Assembly: GCA_050014495.1 (NCBI GenBank)
Contig: JBEKDF010000009.1
Span: 1-64,000, forward strand
Length of the DNA stretch: 64,000 nucleotides
Direction: 5' to 3'
Source of the DNA: Candidatus Bathyarchaeia archaeon
GTDB taxonomy: Archaea > Thermoproteota > Bathyarchaeia > TCS64
Below are positions 25,401 through 35,527 of the stretch, one piece after another. The position numbers were made by a program, and so were the translations under genes. The notes under the pieces were generated by a model. It searched no databases. It was given only the letters and a program-made list of their open reading frames with translations, and was not told the origin of the DNA. The first letter of the stretch is position 1; every line of letters starts with the position of its first letter.

Positions 25401-25679
25401 ATGGAGTTGACCTCAAAGATGCGTGCTGGGCTTAGAGCCCGGGCGCACGGCCTTGACCCTGTGGTCCAGATTGGTAAGTTTGGTGTAACCCCTGAGGCGC
25501 TAGCAAATATAGATAAAGCATTATCTGACCATGAGCTAATAAAAATTAAGTTCATAGGATTCAAGGAAGCACGCATCGAGCTATCATCTGAGATAGCTGG
25601 TGCAACCGGTTCTATTCTCATCGATGTAATAGGTAACGTCGCCATTTTATATCGAGTTAATCCCAGAGTGTCCGATTAA
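25401..25679 (+). CDS. yhbY: YhbY/CRM RNA-binding protein
   Basis: LRARAHGLDPVVQIGKFG...HELIKIK...IGNVAILYR. Confidence 0.92.
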   Translation: MELTSKMRAGLRARAHGLDPVVQIGKFGVTPEALANIDKALSDHELIKIKFIGFKEARIELSSEIAGATGSILIDVIGNVAILYRVNPRVSD

Positions 25680-25943
25680 ATGACACCGCTTTTTGTATTA
25701 TTCCCAAATTTCCACTTGAAGCTACGCAGATAACTTCGGCTTACTCTTCTCATGGATCCTTGATGTATTAGTGATCGCAGCCTACTCATTCCTAAACTCT
25801 TACTTTATGTTTAACCCCTTCTACATTTTCATTCCCTTCATGGTCTCCCTAGAGAATGAGAAGAATTACTAGTCCTCGTTGAACGTAGTGAGAAAAAATA
25901 CACGTTTTAAGACTAGAACTACTCTACAATCCATTATTTAGGT

Positions 25944-26579
25944 TTAAGTTTCTGTTCCTTTTCCTTTTTCTGAGTTCTTGTAAGCCGTGAAAACCCTGAA
26001 TCCACTACCCCTGGATGTGACTTCGATATTCCCGAAAGTTTCCTCAATTATCCTTGATAGTGTTCTTCCACCCTTATTCGATTGAACGACTAGCTGAAAG
26101 GCTCCACCATCCACAAGGTGATTGCGGGCATTAACTATCATGGGCTTAACGGTTGTGTCTATTCCTGCGGAAATGGGTGGGTTGGTGACTATAAGGTCAA
26201 ATTTAAGTTTATTAACTGGCTTGTAAAGACTGCCCAGTCTCACAGTGGCCTTCACGCCATTGCGCCTCACATTAGCCTCAGCGAGAGAAGCCGCACGCAT
26301 GTTTACATCTGTCAACCAGACTTCGAGGGAAGGATTGAGTCTCGCTGCAACTATTCCTACGACACCATAGCCGCAGCCAAGATCGAGAGCCCTCCCTTCC
26401 TTAGGCAGTTTCATGGCCTCGATGAGGAGACGTGTCCCCGAATCTACGCGCTTGTGACTAAATACTCCTGAGTTCGTCTCGAACTCGAAATCAAGGCCTT
26501 TAAGCTTAGTTTTTATGAGACCTCTCTTATCAGGGGAGGTTGGGTTCTCGGAGAAGTAGTACTCGGACACGCTTACCAC
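25944..26579 (-). CDS. class I SAM methyltransferase (RsmC/MTS-like)
   Basis: SGVFS..VDSGT, LDLGCGYG, TNPP. Confidence 0.9.
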   Translation of the reverse strand: MVSVSEYYFSENPTSPDKRGLIKTKLKGLDFEFETNSGVFSHKRVDSGTRLLIEAMKLPKEGRALDLGCGYGVVGIVAARLNPSLEVWLTDVNMRAASLAEANVRRNGVKATVRLGSLYKPVNKLKFDLIVTNPPISAGIDTTVKPMIVNARNHLVDGGAFQLVVQSNKGGRTLSRIIEETFGNIEVTSRGSGFRVFTAYKNSEKGKGTET

Positions 26580-27553
26580 GTTTTAGGATAGGTACCTCTG
26601 ATCATGATGACACGCTCGGGTATTGCAGCGATGCCATGCTCCTCCTTGAGTATTGTCTCGGTATTCATTTCCGCCTTCATTAGGGCGACGGCCTCATTAC
26701 GCTGCGTCATTACAGCTATGAGACTCTTTGGCTCTATTCCGGATTCTAAGCGGAGTATACCGGGGACAGCGAGTTGAGCCCCCGTGCAGAGTGCCTCGAC
26801 TGCGGAGTCCCTAACCCAGACATGGGGCAGGAGCGCGAGTGCCTCCTCGACCGGGTGAAGTATATTCATCAGTGGAGCCTCATTTCCTTCTCTGTATTGG
26901 TCCATCGCATCTGCGATATCGTAGAGAGTGACTGCTTGAGACTCAGTGAATGGGCCACTACGAATACGACGGAGCTCCTGCATGTGGGCGCCACAGCCAA
27001 GTACCTCACCAACGTCACTACAAAGTTTCCTGATATATGTCCCACTCTGGCAGGCGACCTTGAAGAGCCAGTTCCTGCCGTCGCCCTCAAGATAATCTAT
27101 CCTATAGATATATCGTGTGCGGAGGCGTCTGCTCACAGCAGAACGGAGGGGCGGCCTTTGGTAGATCTCACCCTCGAACTGCTTCAGCGTTTCTACAAGG
27201 TGTTTCTCTTCTATATCCTCATGAGTACGCATTATGGCTACATACTCCTTCCCCGAGTCAAGGAGTGCCTGCACACACTTCGTGGAGTCCTCAAGGGTAA
27301 CAGGAAGAACACCTGTAACTTTGGGATCGAGAGTGCCCCCATGACCAACGTGGTCGAGTTCCATCAACTTCTTAACCCAAGCTACAACCTCATGGCTCGT
27401 AGGACCAGGTACTTTGTCGACGATAACAACGCCTCGTTTGAGCATCTGCTGGAGATTCCTCTCTTCGGTTGGAATGCCAAGGCTGGTATTGGGCTCCTCT
27501 TCAGCGCGTGTGTAGATGGTCCGTTTTATCTCCCAGGCAGGTTGCTCCGGCAT
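26573..27553 (-). CDS. cbf5: H/ACA pseudouridine synthase Cbf5 (TruB + PUA)
   Basis: GPTSHEV, HGGTLDPKVTG, GTYIRKL, C-terminal PUA domain. Confidence 0.97.
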   Translation of the reverse strand: MPEQPAWEIKRTIYTRAEEEPNTSLGIPTEERNLQQMLKRGVVIVDKVPGPTSHEVVAWVKKLMELDHVGHGGTLDPKVTGVLPVTLEDSTKCVQALLDSGKEYVAIMRTHEDIEEKHLVETLKQFEGEIYQRPPLRSAVSRRLRTRYIYRIDYLEGDGRNWLFKVACQSGTYIRKLCSDVGEVLGCGAHMQELRRIRSGPFTESQAVTLYDIADAMDQYREGNEAPLMNILHPVEEALALLPHVWVRDSAVEALCTGAQLAVPGILRLESGIEPKSLIAVMTQRNEAVALMKAEMNTETILKEEHGIAAIPERVIMIRGTYPKTW

Positions 27554-27814
27554 GACTTATCCCCACGTGAATCCATGCCCAGGTCTATAAGCATGGCGCA
27601 TCTTGAGTAGATGGTCAGTACGAACGCGAAAACTTCACTAATTGTACCAGTTTATTCGTTCATTACTTAATTTCTAAAATATAATATAAAAATAACTGCC
27701 AATCTCTTCATTGTTGTCTACTTTCACATAACAAAGTTCCCCTCTTATTAGGGATGGTTTATTTCTATGTGAAGAATGGATGTGTTAAGCAGTCGTTAAC
27801 TCAACGGTGTATGA

Positions 27815-29029
27815 ATGGTCCAAACCCAAAAAGCGTCGGTCGACGCTGTCCGTAGGCTTCAGCTAGAGAAACAAGGGATAGGCGAGCTACCAAAGAGTAC
27901 GACAAAGAAGAGGATAGAAGAAACCCTAGGACGCCTCGGCTGTGTTCAGATAGATACGATAAATGTCGTGGAGCGTGCCCATTATCTTACCCTTTGGAGT
28001 AGGCTAGGACAGTATAAAAAGAGTGATCTGTACTCCCTCGCTTACGAGGATAGACTTGTTTTCGAGGGGTGGGGTCACGCCATGTGTTATATGCCCATGG
28101 ACCATTGGAGGTTTCTAATCGCTGCTAACCAGGATAGAGCTAAAAACAGGGTCTTACACACAGGCTGGTTCAGCCAAGTTGATCCGAACATAGTCGACTT
28201 AGTCCTGAACAGGGTCAGAAGGGAGGGACCGTTGGGGAGCTCCGCCTTTGAGGGGAAGAAGCCGATAGGAGGCTGGTGGGGATGGAAACCTGCGAAGCGA
28301 GCCCTCGAGGCTCTATTCAGCTCAGGCGACCTCATGGTGACACGTCGAGATGGCTTTCAGAGAATATACGATCTCACTGAAAGGGTGCTCCCAAGTTGGG
28401 TGGACACCTCCGAGCCTACTGAGGATGAGCGGACCAAGTTCTTCGTAACTCGAACACTCGCCTCACTCGGTGCCACAAAACCCGTCGATATTAAATCCTA
28501 TTATCAAACATGGTGCGTCAAGCTTGGGTTGACCACTAAGCAGATTAAAGCACTCCTTGACGGACTCGTGGAAAAGGATCTCGCTACAAAGGTGAGCATC
28601 GAAGGAATCCGGACACCGTACTACTGCCTCGTCGAAGATGCGGTTAGGTTGGATGAGCTGGATAGAGACTGGAGCTACGGAGATGTACACCTAATAAACT
28701 ACTTCGACAGCCTCCTCTGGCATTCCGATAGGCTTGTAACACTCTTCGGATTCGAGCGTGTACTCGAAGTCTATCTGAAACCCGAGGACCGAAAATTTGG
28801 CTACTTCACAATCCCCATACTCTATGGGGACAAGCTTATTGGGCGCCTGGACCCGAAATTGGAAAGAAAGGAGAAGAAGCTTATTTTAAGGGGCCTTTGG
28901 TATGAGGCTGGCTTCAAGCCAGACGAAGTTTACAATAACGAGTTCGACAAGACGTTAAACGACTTCGCTCGTTTTAATGGTGCAGAGAAGATTGAGTGGC
29001 AGTTGAAAAAAGTGCCTACTTCTGCTTGA
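27815..29029 (+). CDS. YcaQ/AlkZ-family winged-helix DNA glycosylase
   Basis: VQIDTINVVERAHYL.LWSR, EVYLK..RKFGY. Confidence 0.88.
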   Translation: MVQTQKASVDAVRRLQLEKQGIGELPKSTTKKRIEETLGRLGCVQIDTINVVERAHYLTLWSRLGQYKKSDLYSLAYEDRLVFEGWGHAMCYMPMDHWRFLIAANQDRAKNRVLHTGWFSQVDPNIVDLVLNRVRREGPLGSSAFEGKKPIGGWWGWKPAKRALEALFSSGDLMVTRRDGFQRIYDLTERVLPSWVDTSEPTEDERTKFFVTRTLASLGATKPVDIKSYYQTWCVKLGLTTKQIKALLDGLVEKDLATKVSIEGIRTPYYCLVEDAVRLDELDRDWSYGDVHLINYFDSLLWHSDRLVTLFGFERVLEVYLKPEDRKFGYFTIPILYGDKLIGRLDPKLERKEKKLILRGLWYEAGFKPDEVYNNEFDKTLNDFARFNGAEKIEWQLKKVPTSA

Positions 29030-29792
29030 TTGTGCGGGTAGTGAGTTTGGGCTCACCACGGATAACCTTGACCATCTCAACGGCTTCTTTCACAGCTTCA
29101 TCCTCGCCATCGAGGAGGAATATCTTGGCCCCCTCAGCTCCGTCAATTCCTCCGCCGCCGATTGGGACAACATCGACTCCGAAGAGCTCCTTGAATGCCT
29201 CCATTTCGGTGATTATATAACCGCCTATGACCATTATTCCACACTTTACGTCTAGAGCAGTATCAATCTTCATGATGCCCATTCTATTAACAGCGTCTGT
29301 AAGGTTGATTGGTACGAGCTTCTCTAGGCCCGCGGCGATTATTGTTGTTATACCGTTACTTGTGAGGTAACCCCAGGCTGCTCCTATCGTGCCCCCACCG
29401 ATTCCTCCGAGGAGGATACCAGCCTGACCAAAGGGATCGATAGCGTTGGCGCCCTTGATGAAGACATCACCCGGCCCCATCTCCTTGAGAATGTCGGGGA
29501 GTTCGGGTACCTTAACTGTCTTCACCTTTCCCTTCTGGATGACCGTGTGGTCACCGCGTCCTTTTGCCTCAGTTATTTGAAGCCCATCCTTAGTGACGAC
29601 ACCAGCAGTAAACATCCCCTTTTCCTTAATCTCCTTCCCCAGGAGTTCCTCGAGAACATAGGCGTTAGTCGTGCTCGTGGCAATTATGACCGTGCCATTC
29701 TCCTTTGCGAGTTTGACGATCTCCATGTGACCTATCGCTTTAGCGATGAGTCTCTTCCCTTCTGAGGGGGTGAGAACTACCTCAGCTAACAA
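29016..29792 (-). CDS. conserved hypothetical protein
   Basis: LTPSEGKRLIAKA, FIKGANAID, GGGGIDGAEG. Function not assignable by eye. Confidence 0.7.
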   Translation of the reverse strand: MLAEVVLTPSEGKRLIAKAIGHMEIVKLAKENGTVIIATSTTNAYVLEELLGKEIKEKGMFTAGVVTKDGLQITEAKGRGDHTVIQKGKVKTVKVPELPDILKEMGPGDVFIKGANAIDPFGQAGILLGGIGGGTIGAAWGYLTSNGITTIIAAGLEKLVPINLTDAVNRMGIMKIDTALDVKCGIMVIGGYIITEMEAFKELFGVDVVPIGGGGIDGAEGAKIFLLDGEDEAVKEAVEMVKVIRGEPKLTTRTIKQK

Positions 29793-30054
29793 GTTTAATC
29801 CTCCGATTCTTATGGTAGCCTCCGAGGGTTCTGTTTAAAAACTTAGCTAAACTAAGGAGGGTTTAACGGCAGCTATAAACCGCTATGACTAGGTAAAGGA
29901 CTCATAATACGTAATTCGAATAATAATATCACATATTACGGTGATGGACTGGACGGAATCGTAGGCTTATTGATGAATACTGGAAATGACACTCCTGACC
30001 TTTGGGGTTTTTAACTGGTGCTTGTAAAGTAGTGCAGGATACAACACATTAGCG

Positions 30055-30852
30055 TTATACTACGCTTTCCTCCGAGAGGGCCTCAGCGAAGATCTCACCG
30101 AAATTTGTAAGGCTGATGACCTTCATTTTGCTCCCCTTCTCAGCATCTATAAGCCCCTTCATCTCGAGCTTAGTCACTATGCGACTGAACTTGTTACGGA
30201 GTGTACTTGATGCTGCTTTATTACCAAACCAACGAATTATATCGCTGATGGATTCCGCCTCGCCACCATTCTCACGTAATAAAATAAGGAGTTTTTTCTC
30301 CCTCTCCCACTCCTTCTCCTCGTGCTTTGTATTAGGCTCGAGGCGATAGCCGGGAAGCTGTATCTCCTTGGGTTCCTTGCTGCTTTGATTGCGGGCGTTC
30401 TCGAACCACTTCTCAAATTGGGGATCTCCGACCTTACCAGTGACGTACCAAGCAGATTTCTCTGGTGGAACACTATAAACTCGGGCGTTTCTGAACATTA
30501 AAGCAACGGTAAGTGCGACCCCCTGCGAAATATCGGTTGTACTTGTGACATCGATGAGAACCTCCTCACCACTGGCCCTCGCCTTGCTAACGACGCCGTA
30601 GATCGCCTTGAATGCACTCCTATGATCCATGGGATCAAAGCCCAGCATCTCGGGATCGAGAATTTCGAGTTTATCGCGGAGCTCCTCAGCGTTTTTCTGG
30701 CTCATATAGCTAAAGACTGCGGTCTCGTCGGTGGCCTTAGCGTTACTGTATAGAAGATATAGCTTGGTTATGCCGTGGTGTTTGCTCCAATAACGGATAC
30801 CATCGAAGGGTCGGCGGAAGTGTGTGCCCACTAGACAGACTATGATTGTCAT
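30055..30852 (-). CDS. CARF-like Rossmann domain + wHTH regulator (Csa3/DUF6293-like)
   Basis: CLVG..., VLIDVTST, VYSVP, C-terminal wHTH LEMKGLI...LTNFG. Start taken at ATG 30852. Confidence 0.7.
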   Translation of the reverse strand: MTIIVCLVGTHFRRPFDGIRYWSKHHGITKLYLLYSNAKATDETAVFSYMSQKNAEELRDKLEILDPEMLGFDPMDHRSAFKAIYGVVSKARASGEEVLIDVTSTTDISQGVALTVALMFRNARVYSVPPEKSAWYVTGKVGDPQFEKWFENARNQSSKEPKEIQLPGYRLEPNTKHEEKEWEREKKLLILLRENGGEAESISDIIRWFGNKAASSTLRNKFSRIVTKLEMKGLIDAEKGSKMKVISLTNFGEIFAEALSEESVV

Positions 30853-31094
30853 ATTACACCCGGCTTTCTTTGAATCTTTTACGGAATGTAACCTTGTATG
30901 ATTCAATATATAAACTATTGTAGATATTTGGTAAAATATATATATTATTATATATATTTGGGACAATCCTATATTATAAAGGATAAAAGCGAATTGTCCC
31001 CAAATTCGTTATTCGGAGTATTATGAATTAAACGATTACGTTCTTATAGCCCACGAGTCTTGCATGCTACTATCTAGCTTAGCGATCTCCATCG

Positions 31095-31379
31095 GTGATG
31101 TTTGGAATGAGTGCATCGAACTCCGTCGCGAGGGTTTTCTCCCTTCCTAATTGCAAAAAATGTGAGCAGTTAAAGGAGTGGATGAAGGAGTGTCATGTGC
31201 CCTTCGAAGCGAAGTGGTTTGACACGGAGGCACAGACAGAGTTTGTAATGAGAAACATGTTCGGGAACCCACCTATACTCGAGGTGGGGAAGCGATGTGT
31301 GTCGTCGGAGGAGATGTTTCCCGGCGGGGTGCTAAGCGAGGGCATAGTGAGGGATTTGCTGAATGTTAAAGAGGGGTAG
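31095..31379 (+). CDS. glutaredoxin/NrdH-like protein
   Basis: FSLPNCKKC...PPIL. Overlaps the nrdD start. Confidence 0.85.
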   Translation: MMFGMSASNSVARVFSLPNCKKCEQLKEWMKECHVPFEAKWFDTEAQTEFVMRNMFGNPPILEVGKRCVSSEEMFPGGVLSEGIVRDLLNVKEG

Positions 31380-33624
31380 GGATCTTCCCGAGGGGCAGAC
31401 GTTCATAGACCAGTTCTACAAGTCGGAGCGCCTCTACAAGGGAATGCCAATGGTGCGCACCACCGACGGTTACCTTGTAGAGTGGAACAAGGCGAGAATA
31501 GTGGAACAGCTCGTGAGGGAAACTGAGCTCGCGGAAACGATGTTCGGGATAAAACCCATTAGCATTATGAGGGCTGAGAAGCTGAGTCAGGAGGTTGAGA
31601 AGCGTATTAGGCTCATTAAGCCTAAGGTCGTCTCGGGCCCTATGGTTAGGGAAATCACGAATAATGTCCTACTCGAGTGGAGCGAGTCCGAGAACGCGCC
31701 AGAGCTCCAAGTGTACAGGAATATACTGACACGTGTCGGTGTCCCCGTTGTGGATGCATACGAGATCGATACTGGCTCTGGATTTGAGGCGAAGGAGAAC
31801 GCTAACCTCCAGCCTAACCCGGAGACGGTGCATAAGAAGAAGGCGGACAGACTCTCTAAGGAGCAGTACCTGCTGCTAATGGACCCTACGCTGGCGACGG
31901 CTCACCACCAGGGTGACATCCATATACATACACTGGAGTATTTTGGTTCCCGACCCTTCTGCCAGGACTGGGACCTCAGGTACTTCCTCTATTACGGTCT
32001 TATCCCTGATGGTAGTGGGTTCAGGAGCAGTGTGGCTGGTCCAGCAAAGCAACCTGAGGTGGCGATACTCCACAGCGTGAAGGTATTGGCCGCTGGGCAG
32101 ACGAACTTTAGTGGCGGCCAGGGCTTCATGTACTATACGATGTTCCTCGCGCCTTTCCTCAGGGGGCTACCCTACGAGAGGGTGAAGCAGCTCGCCCAGA
32201 TGATGTTCTATGAGTTGACACAGACATATGTGACGCGTGGAGGGCAGCTTGTATTCAGTAATATCCAGTTGCCGATGGGTGTGCCGAAGATCTGGCAGAA
32301 TGTTCCCGTCGTAATGAAGGGACGCGTAGGTCCGGACACATACGGGAGCTACGAGGATGAGGTGCAGACCTTCTTCCGTGCTATCACGGAGGTGGCACTT
32401 GAGGGGGACTACTGGGGGAAACCCTTCAACTTCCCGAAGAACGAGAACTATGTCTCACCCGAGTTCTTCAAGCCAGAGTACGATGACCTCTGGATGCTCG
32501 TCCACGAGTCTGTGAGCAAGTTTGGGGCACCCTACTTCGACAACATGCTTCCAACATACCGTGGCTACGGTAACGGCATAAGCTGCTACCAATGCTGCGC
32601 TTACCAATTCGCGAACACGCCAGAGACTGACCCCAAGTTCAATGAGAAGCTATACTTTGAGGGTGGTCAGCATTTCAGCATGGGCGGATGGCAGGTCGTG
32701 AGCCTAAACATGCCTAGGCTGGCCTACCGCGCCAACGGTGACTACGATAAGCTTCTGGAAGCGGCGCAGGAGAACATGCGGATGGCCGTAGACGTCTTCA
32801 AGACGAAGCAGCACTGGATGAAAAAGTCCCTCGCCAATAATATGGTGCCATTCGCGACACAGACACCCAGAGATCCACACACGGGTGAGCTGGGGCCGCC
32901 AGCCGTTGACTTCTCCGAGCTCGTGAATGTCATAGGCGTCGTGGGAGTCAACGAAATGGTTCAGCACTTCACGGGTAAGCAGCTCCATGAGGACCCGGAC
33001 TCTGTGCGCCTCGCTATACGGCTCCTGCTCGACATGGAGAAGTATAGGAAGGGACTCGAGATGAGGAACGGGTTCAAGATAATGTTGGCGCGTACACCAG
33101 CTGAATCGACAGCACAAACCTTCGCTATCAGTGACCTCGTCTCTCCCACCTACAAGAAGTACGCCATCAACACAGTTAAGGGAGACCTGGAAGGGGCAGC
33201 AGCGCTGGTGAAGGGAAAGAGAGACCTCCCAGTATACTACAGCAATGGTACACACACCTATGTAGGGGCGAAAATACCCCTGGGGACGAAGATCGACATC
33301 GAGCATAAATTCTTCCCAATATTAAGTGGCGGGAACATCTTCCACGCCTGGCTCGGCGAGGCGTGCAGCGATCCGGAGGCACTCTACAAGCTGACTCAGC
33401 GCATCTGCAGGAACAGCCAGATCGGATACTTCAGCTACACAAAGGACTTGACGGTGTGTAGTAAGTGTGCTAGCACGTCGCCGGGAATGCTGAAGATGTG
33501 TCCATCATGTGGTTCCGAGAACGTGCGCTGGTGGAGTAGAATCACCGGCTACTACACGGATGTGACTGGGTGGAACGAGGGCAAGCGCCAGGAACTCATG
33601 GACCGCTACCGCGTCACCATCTAA
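31363..33624 (+). CDS. nrdD: anaerobic (class III) ribonucleoside-triphosphate reductase
   Basis: ATP-cone-like N-terminus, KENAN, QCC, TPAES, YYSNG, CxxC..CxxC, RITGY glycyl-radical loop. Confidence 0.96.
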   Translation: MLKRGRDLPEGQTFIDQFYKSERLYKGMPMVRTTDGYLVEWNKARIVEQLVRETELAETMFGIKPISIMRAEKLSQEVEKRIRLIKPKVVSGPMVREITNNVLLEWSESENAPELQVYRNILTRVGVPVVDAYEIDTGSGFEAKENANLQPNPETVHKKKADRLSKEQYLLLMDPTLATAHHQGDIHIHTLEYFGSRPFCQDWDLRYFLYYGLIPDGSGFRSSVAGPAKQPEVAILHSVKVLAAGQTNFSGGQGFMYYTMFLAPFLRGLPYERVKQLAQMMFYELTQTYVTRGGQLVFSNIQLPMGVPKIWQNVPVVMKGRVGPDTYGSYEDEVQTFFRAITEVALEGDYWGKPFNFPKNENYVSPEFFKPEYDDLWMLVHESVSKFGAPYFDNMLPTYRGYGNGISCYQCCAYQFANTPETDPKFNEKLYFEGGQHFSMGGWQVVSLNMPRLAYRANGDYDKLLEAAQENMRMAVDVFKTKQHWMKKSLANNMVPFATQTPRDPHTGELGPPAVDFSELVNVIGVVGVNEMVQHFTGKQLHEDPDSVRLAIRLLLDMEKYRKGLEMRNGFKIMLARTPAESTAQTFAISDLVSPTYKKYAINTVKGDLEGAAALVKGKRDLPVYYSNGTHTYVGAKIPLGTKIDIEHKFFPILSGGNIFHAWLGEACSDPEALYKLTQRICRNSQIGYFSYTKDLTVCSKCASTSPGMLKMCPSCGSENVRWWSRITGYYTDVTGWNEGKRQELMDRYRVTI

Positions 33625-33718
33625 ATTTTTGAATAGTTTTATTTTTGCAATATCATACGCGCAAAAAAGCAACCTATAATCCCCCAACTTTTATTCCCCA
33701 GAATCCAATCAGAACACC

Positions 33719-33925
33719 ATGAGTAAAAGAAGCAAACGCGAGGCAGAGATACTTCTAAGTCTCGTCAATGCACGATACGGAGACCGCGTCACAGCTGAGG
33801 AGCTGGAAGAGATCCAAAAGGGAATCGACTCTATTCTCGATTCCTCTGAAGCTATGCATATCGTCAAGCTCGAGAACGGAGACGAGCCGTATCAATTCTT
33901 CAAGCCATACGGTGAAGAGAAATGA
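33719..33925 (+). CDS. small GatC/AtzG-like amidase partner
   Basis: 68 aa, LENGDEP motif, coupled to the amidase. Confidence 0.65.
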   Translation: MSKRSKREAEILLSLVNARYGDRVTAEELEEIQKGIDSILDSSEAMHIVKLENGDEPYQFFKPYGEEK

Positions 33926-35319
33926 AGAGCCCCATCTACACTCCCATTTCTGAACTCTCTAAACAGATTAAGAAAGGGAGGATCTCCCCTGTCGAACTTA
34001 CTGAGACCTTCCTAAACCGCCTCGAGACCATCGGCTCACGTCTCAACGCAGTGGTAACCCTAACACGGGGTCTCGCCCTCAAACAAGCGCGTAATGCCGA
34101 GAAGGAGATAGATGAGGGCATCCATCGTGGACCCTTACATGGTATTCCTTGGGGTGCCAAAGATCTCCTCTCCACGCAAGGCATACCTACCACTTGGGGT
34201 GCAGAGCCCTTCCGAACCAGAATAATCGACACAGACGCAACAGTTGTTAAGAGGCTCCGAGACGCTGGTAGCATTCTATGCGCCAAGCTCGCTATGATAG
34301 AGTTTGCTGGAGGCATGGGTTACCGCCAACCCAACGCTAGTCTAACAGGCCCTCCACGTAATCCTTGGAACATCGACACTTGGGCAGGTGGATCATCAAG
34401 TGGCTCAGGCGCTGCCGTCGCAGCGGGTCTTATTTCCTTCGCCATAGGCAGCGAGACTTGGGGCAGTATCCTCAGTCCAGCCAATAACTGTGGTGTCGCT
34501 GGTCTCCGCCCAACTTATGGACGTGTCAGCCGTCATGGGGCTATGGCTCTCTGCTGGACCCTTGATAAGATCGGCCCTATCGCCCAGACTGCCAACGATT
34601 GTGGAATAATCCTACAAGCCATCGCTGGACCCGACTCGGAAGATTCCACCACGATTCAGAGGCAGTGGAAATACAACCCACGCCCATTAAAGCAGAGGCC
34701 TCATCTCGCTGTCCTCAGGGGGGTAGTCGATGACGCTAACCAGGATGTGAGGGATAATTTTGACAATGCCCTCAAGACCATACGAGGATTCGCAGATGTC
34801 GAGGAGATAGACCTCCCATACCTCCCGTATGAGGCAATAACACGCACAATCCTCAACGCGGAAGCTGCGAGCTCCTTTGAAGACCTTGTCGACTCCGGTC
34901 TAACTCAGCGTTTAACCGCCCCCGAGGACCATTGGGGACCCTACGCCAGATCCATCCTCCTTGCTACCGACTATATCCGGGCCATGCGCCTACGCGGAAA
35001 GATGGTTAGAACTGTGACTGAGGTGATGAAACCCTTCAACGCCCTTGTTGCTCCAAGCGCAAAGAAACCCGCCACACCTATTTGGGAGGAGTTCCGGAAG
35101 GTTGCTCCTGGTACTACCAAGGACGTGATGGGCGCAATAGGCAATGGATGCGGCTTACCGGCCATCAGTGTCCCAGATGGCTTTACAAGCCTCGGCCTAC
35201 CTACAGGCATCCAATTTATGGGCAATCCCTACGAAGAAAACACAATCCTCGCCATAGCACGAGCCTACCAAAGCATGACCAACTGGTATACCCGCCACCC
35301 ACCTGACACTGAGCCCTGA
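33922..35319 (+). CDS. amidase-signature family enzyme (GatA/AtzE-like)
   Basis: GPLHGIPWGAKD, GGSSSGS, IGSETWGSI. Confidence 0.92.
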   Translation: MKSPIYTPISELSKQIKKGRISPVELTETFLNRLETIGSRLNAVVTLTRGLALKQARNAEKEIDEGIHRGPLHGIPWGAKDLLSTQGIPTTWGAEPFRTRIIDTDATVVKRLRDAGSILCAKLAMIEFAGGMGYRQPNASLTGPPRNPWNIDTWAGGSSSGSGAAVAAGLISFAIGSETWGSILSPANNCGVAGLRPTYGRVSRHGAMALCWTLDKIGPIAQTANDCGIILQAIAGPDSEDSTTIQRQWKYNPRPLKQRPHLAVLRGVVDDANQDVRDNFDNALKTIRGFADVEEIDLPYLPYEAITRTILNAEAASSFEDLVDSGLTQRLTAPEDHWGPYARSILLATDYIRAMRLRGKMVRTVTEVMKPFNALVAPSAKKPATPIWEEFRKVAPGTTKDVMGAIGNGCGLPAISVPDGFTSLGLPTGIQFMGNPYEENTILAIARAYQSMTNWYTRHPPDTEP

Positions 35320-35527
35320 AACTGAACCCAAGAGTTTGCGAATTCAAATAATATGCTTCCCATAATTCGGGAATGAGCATCAAAAATAGTTATCTAATTC
35401 GAAGGCTTATCGGCTACTCGATCGAGGCTATTGCGGTTGGCATTTTAGTTGCAGTCTCTGCAGTAATGGTTATATTCAGTAGACACCAGGCCCACCTTTT
35501 TTACCACAGAGGCAGGAAACAAACACC

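Noticed and set aside
26774..27610. 278-aa plus-strand ORF
   Set aside because: Antisense to cbf5, with no recognisable motifs.
30853..30966. ORF-track N-terminal extension of the CARF-like gene
   Set aside because: Runs through the AT-rich promoter region (IYIIIYIF). ATG 30852 fits better.
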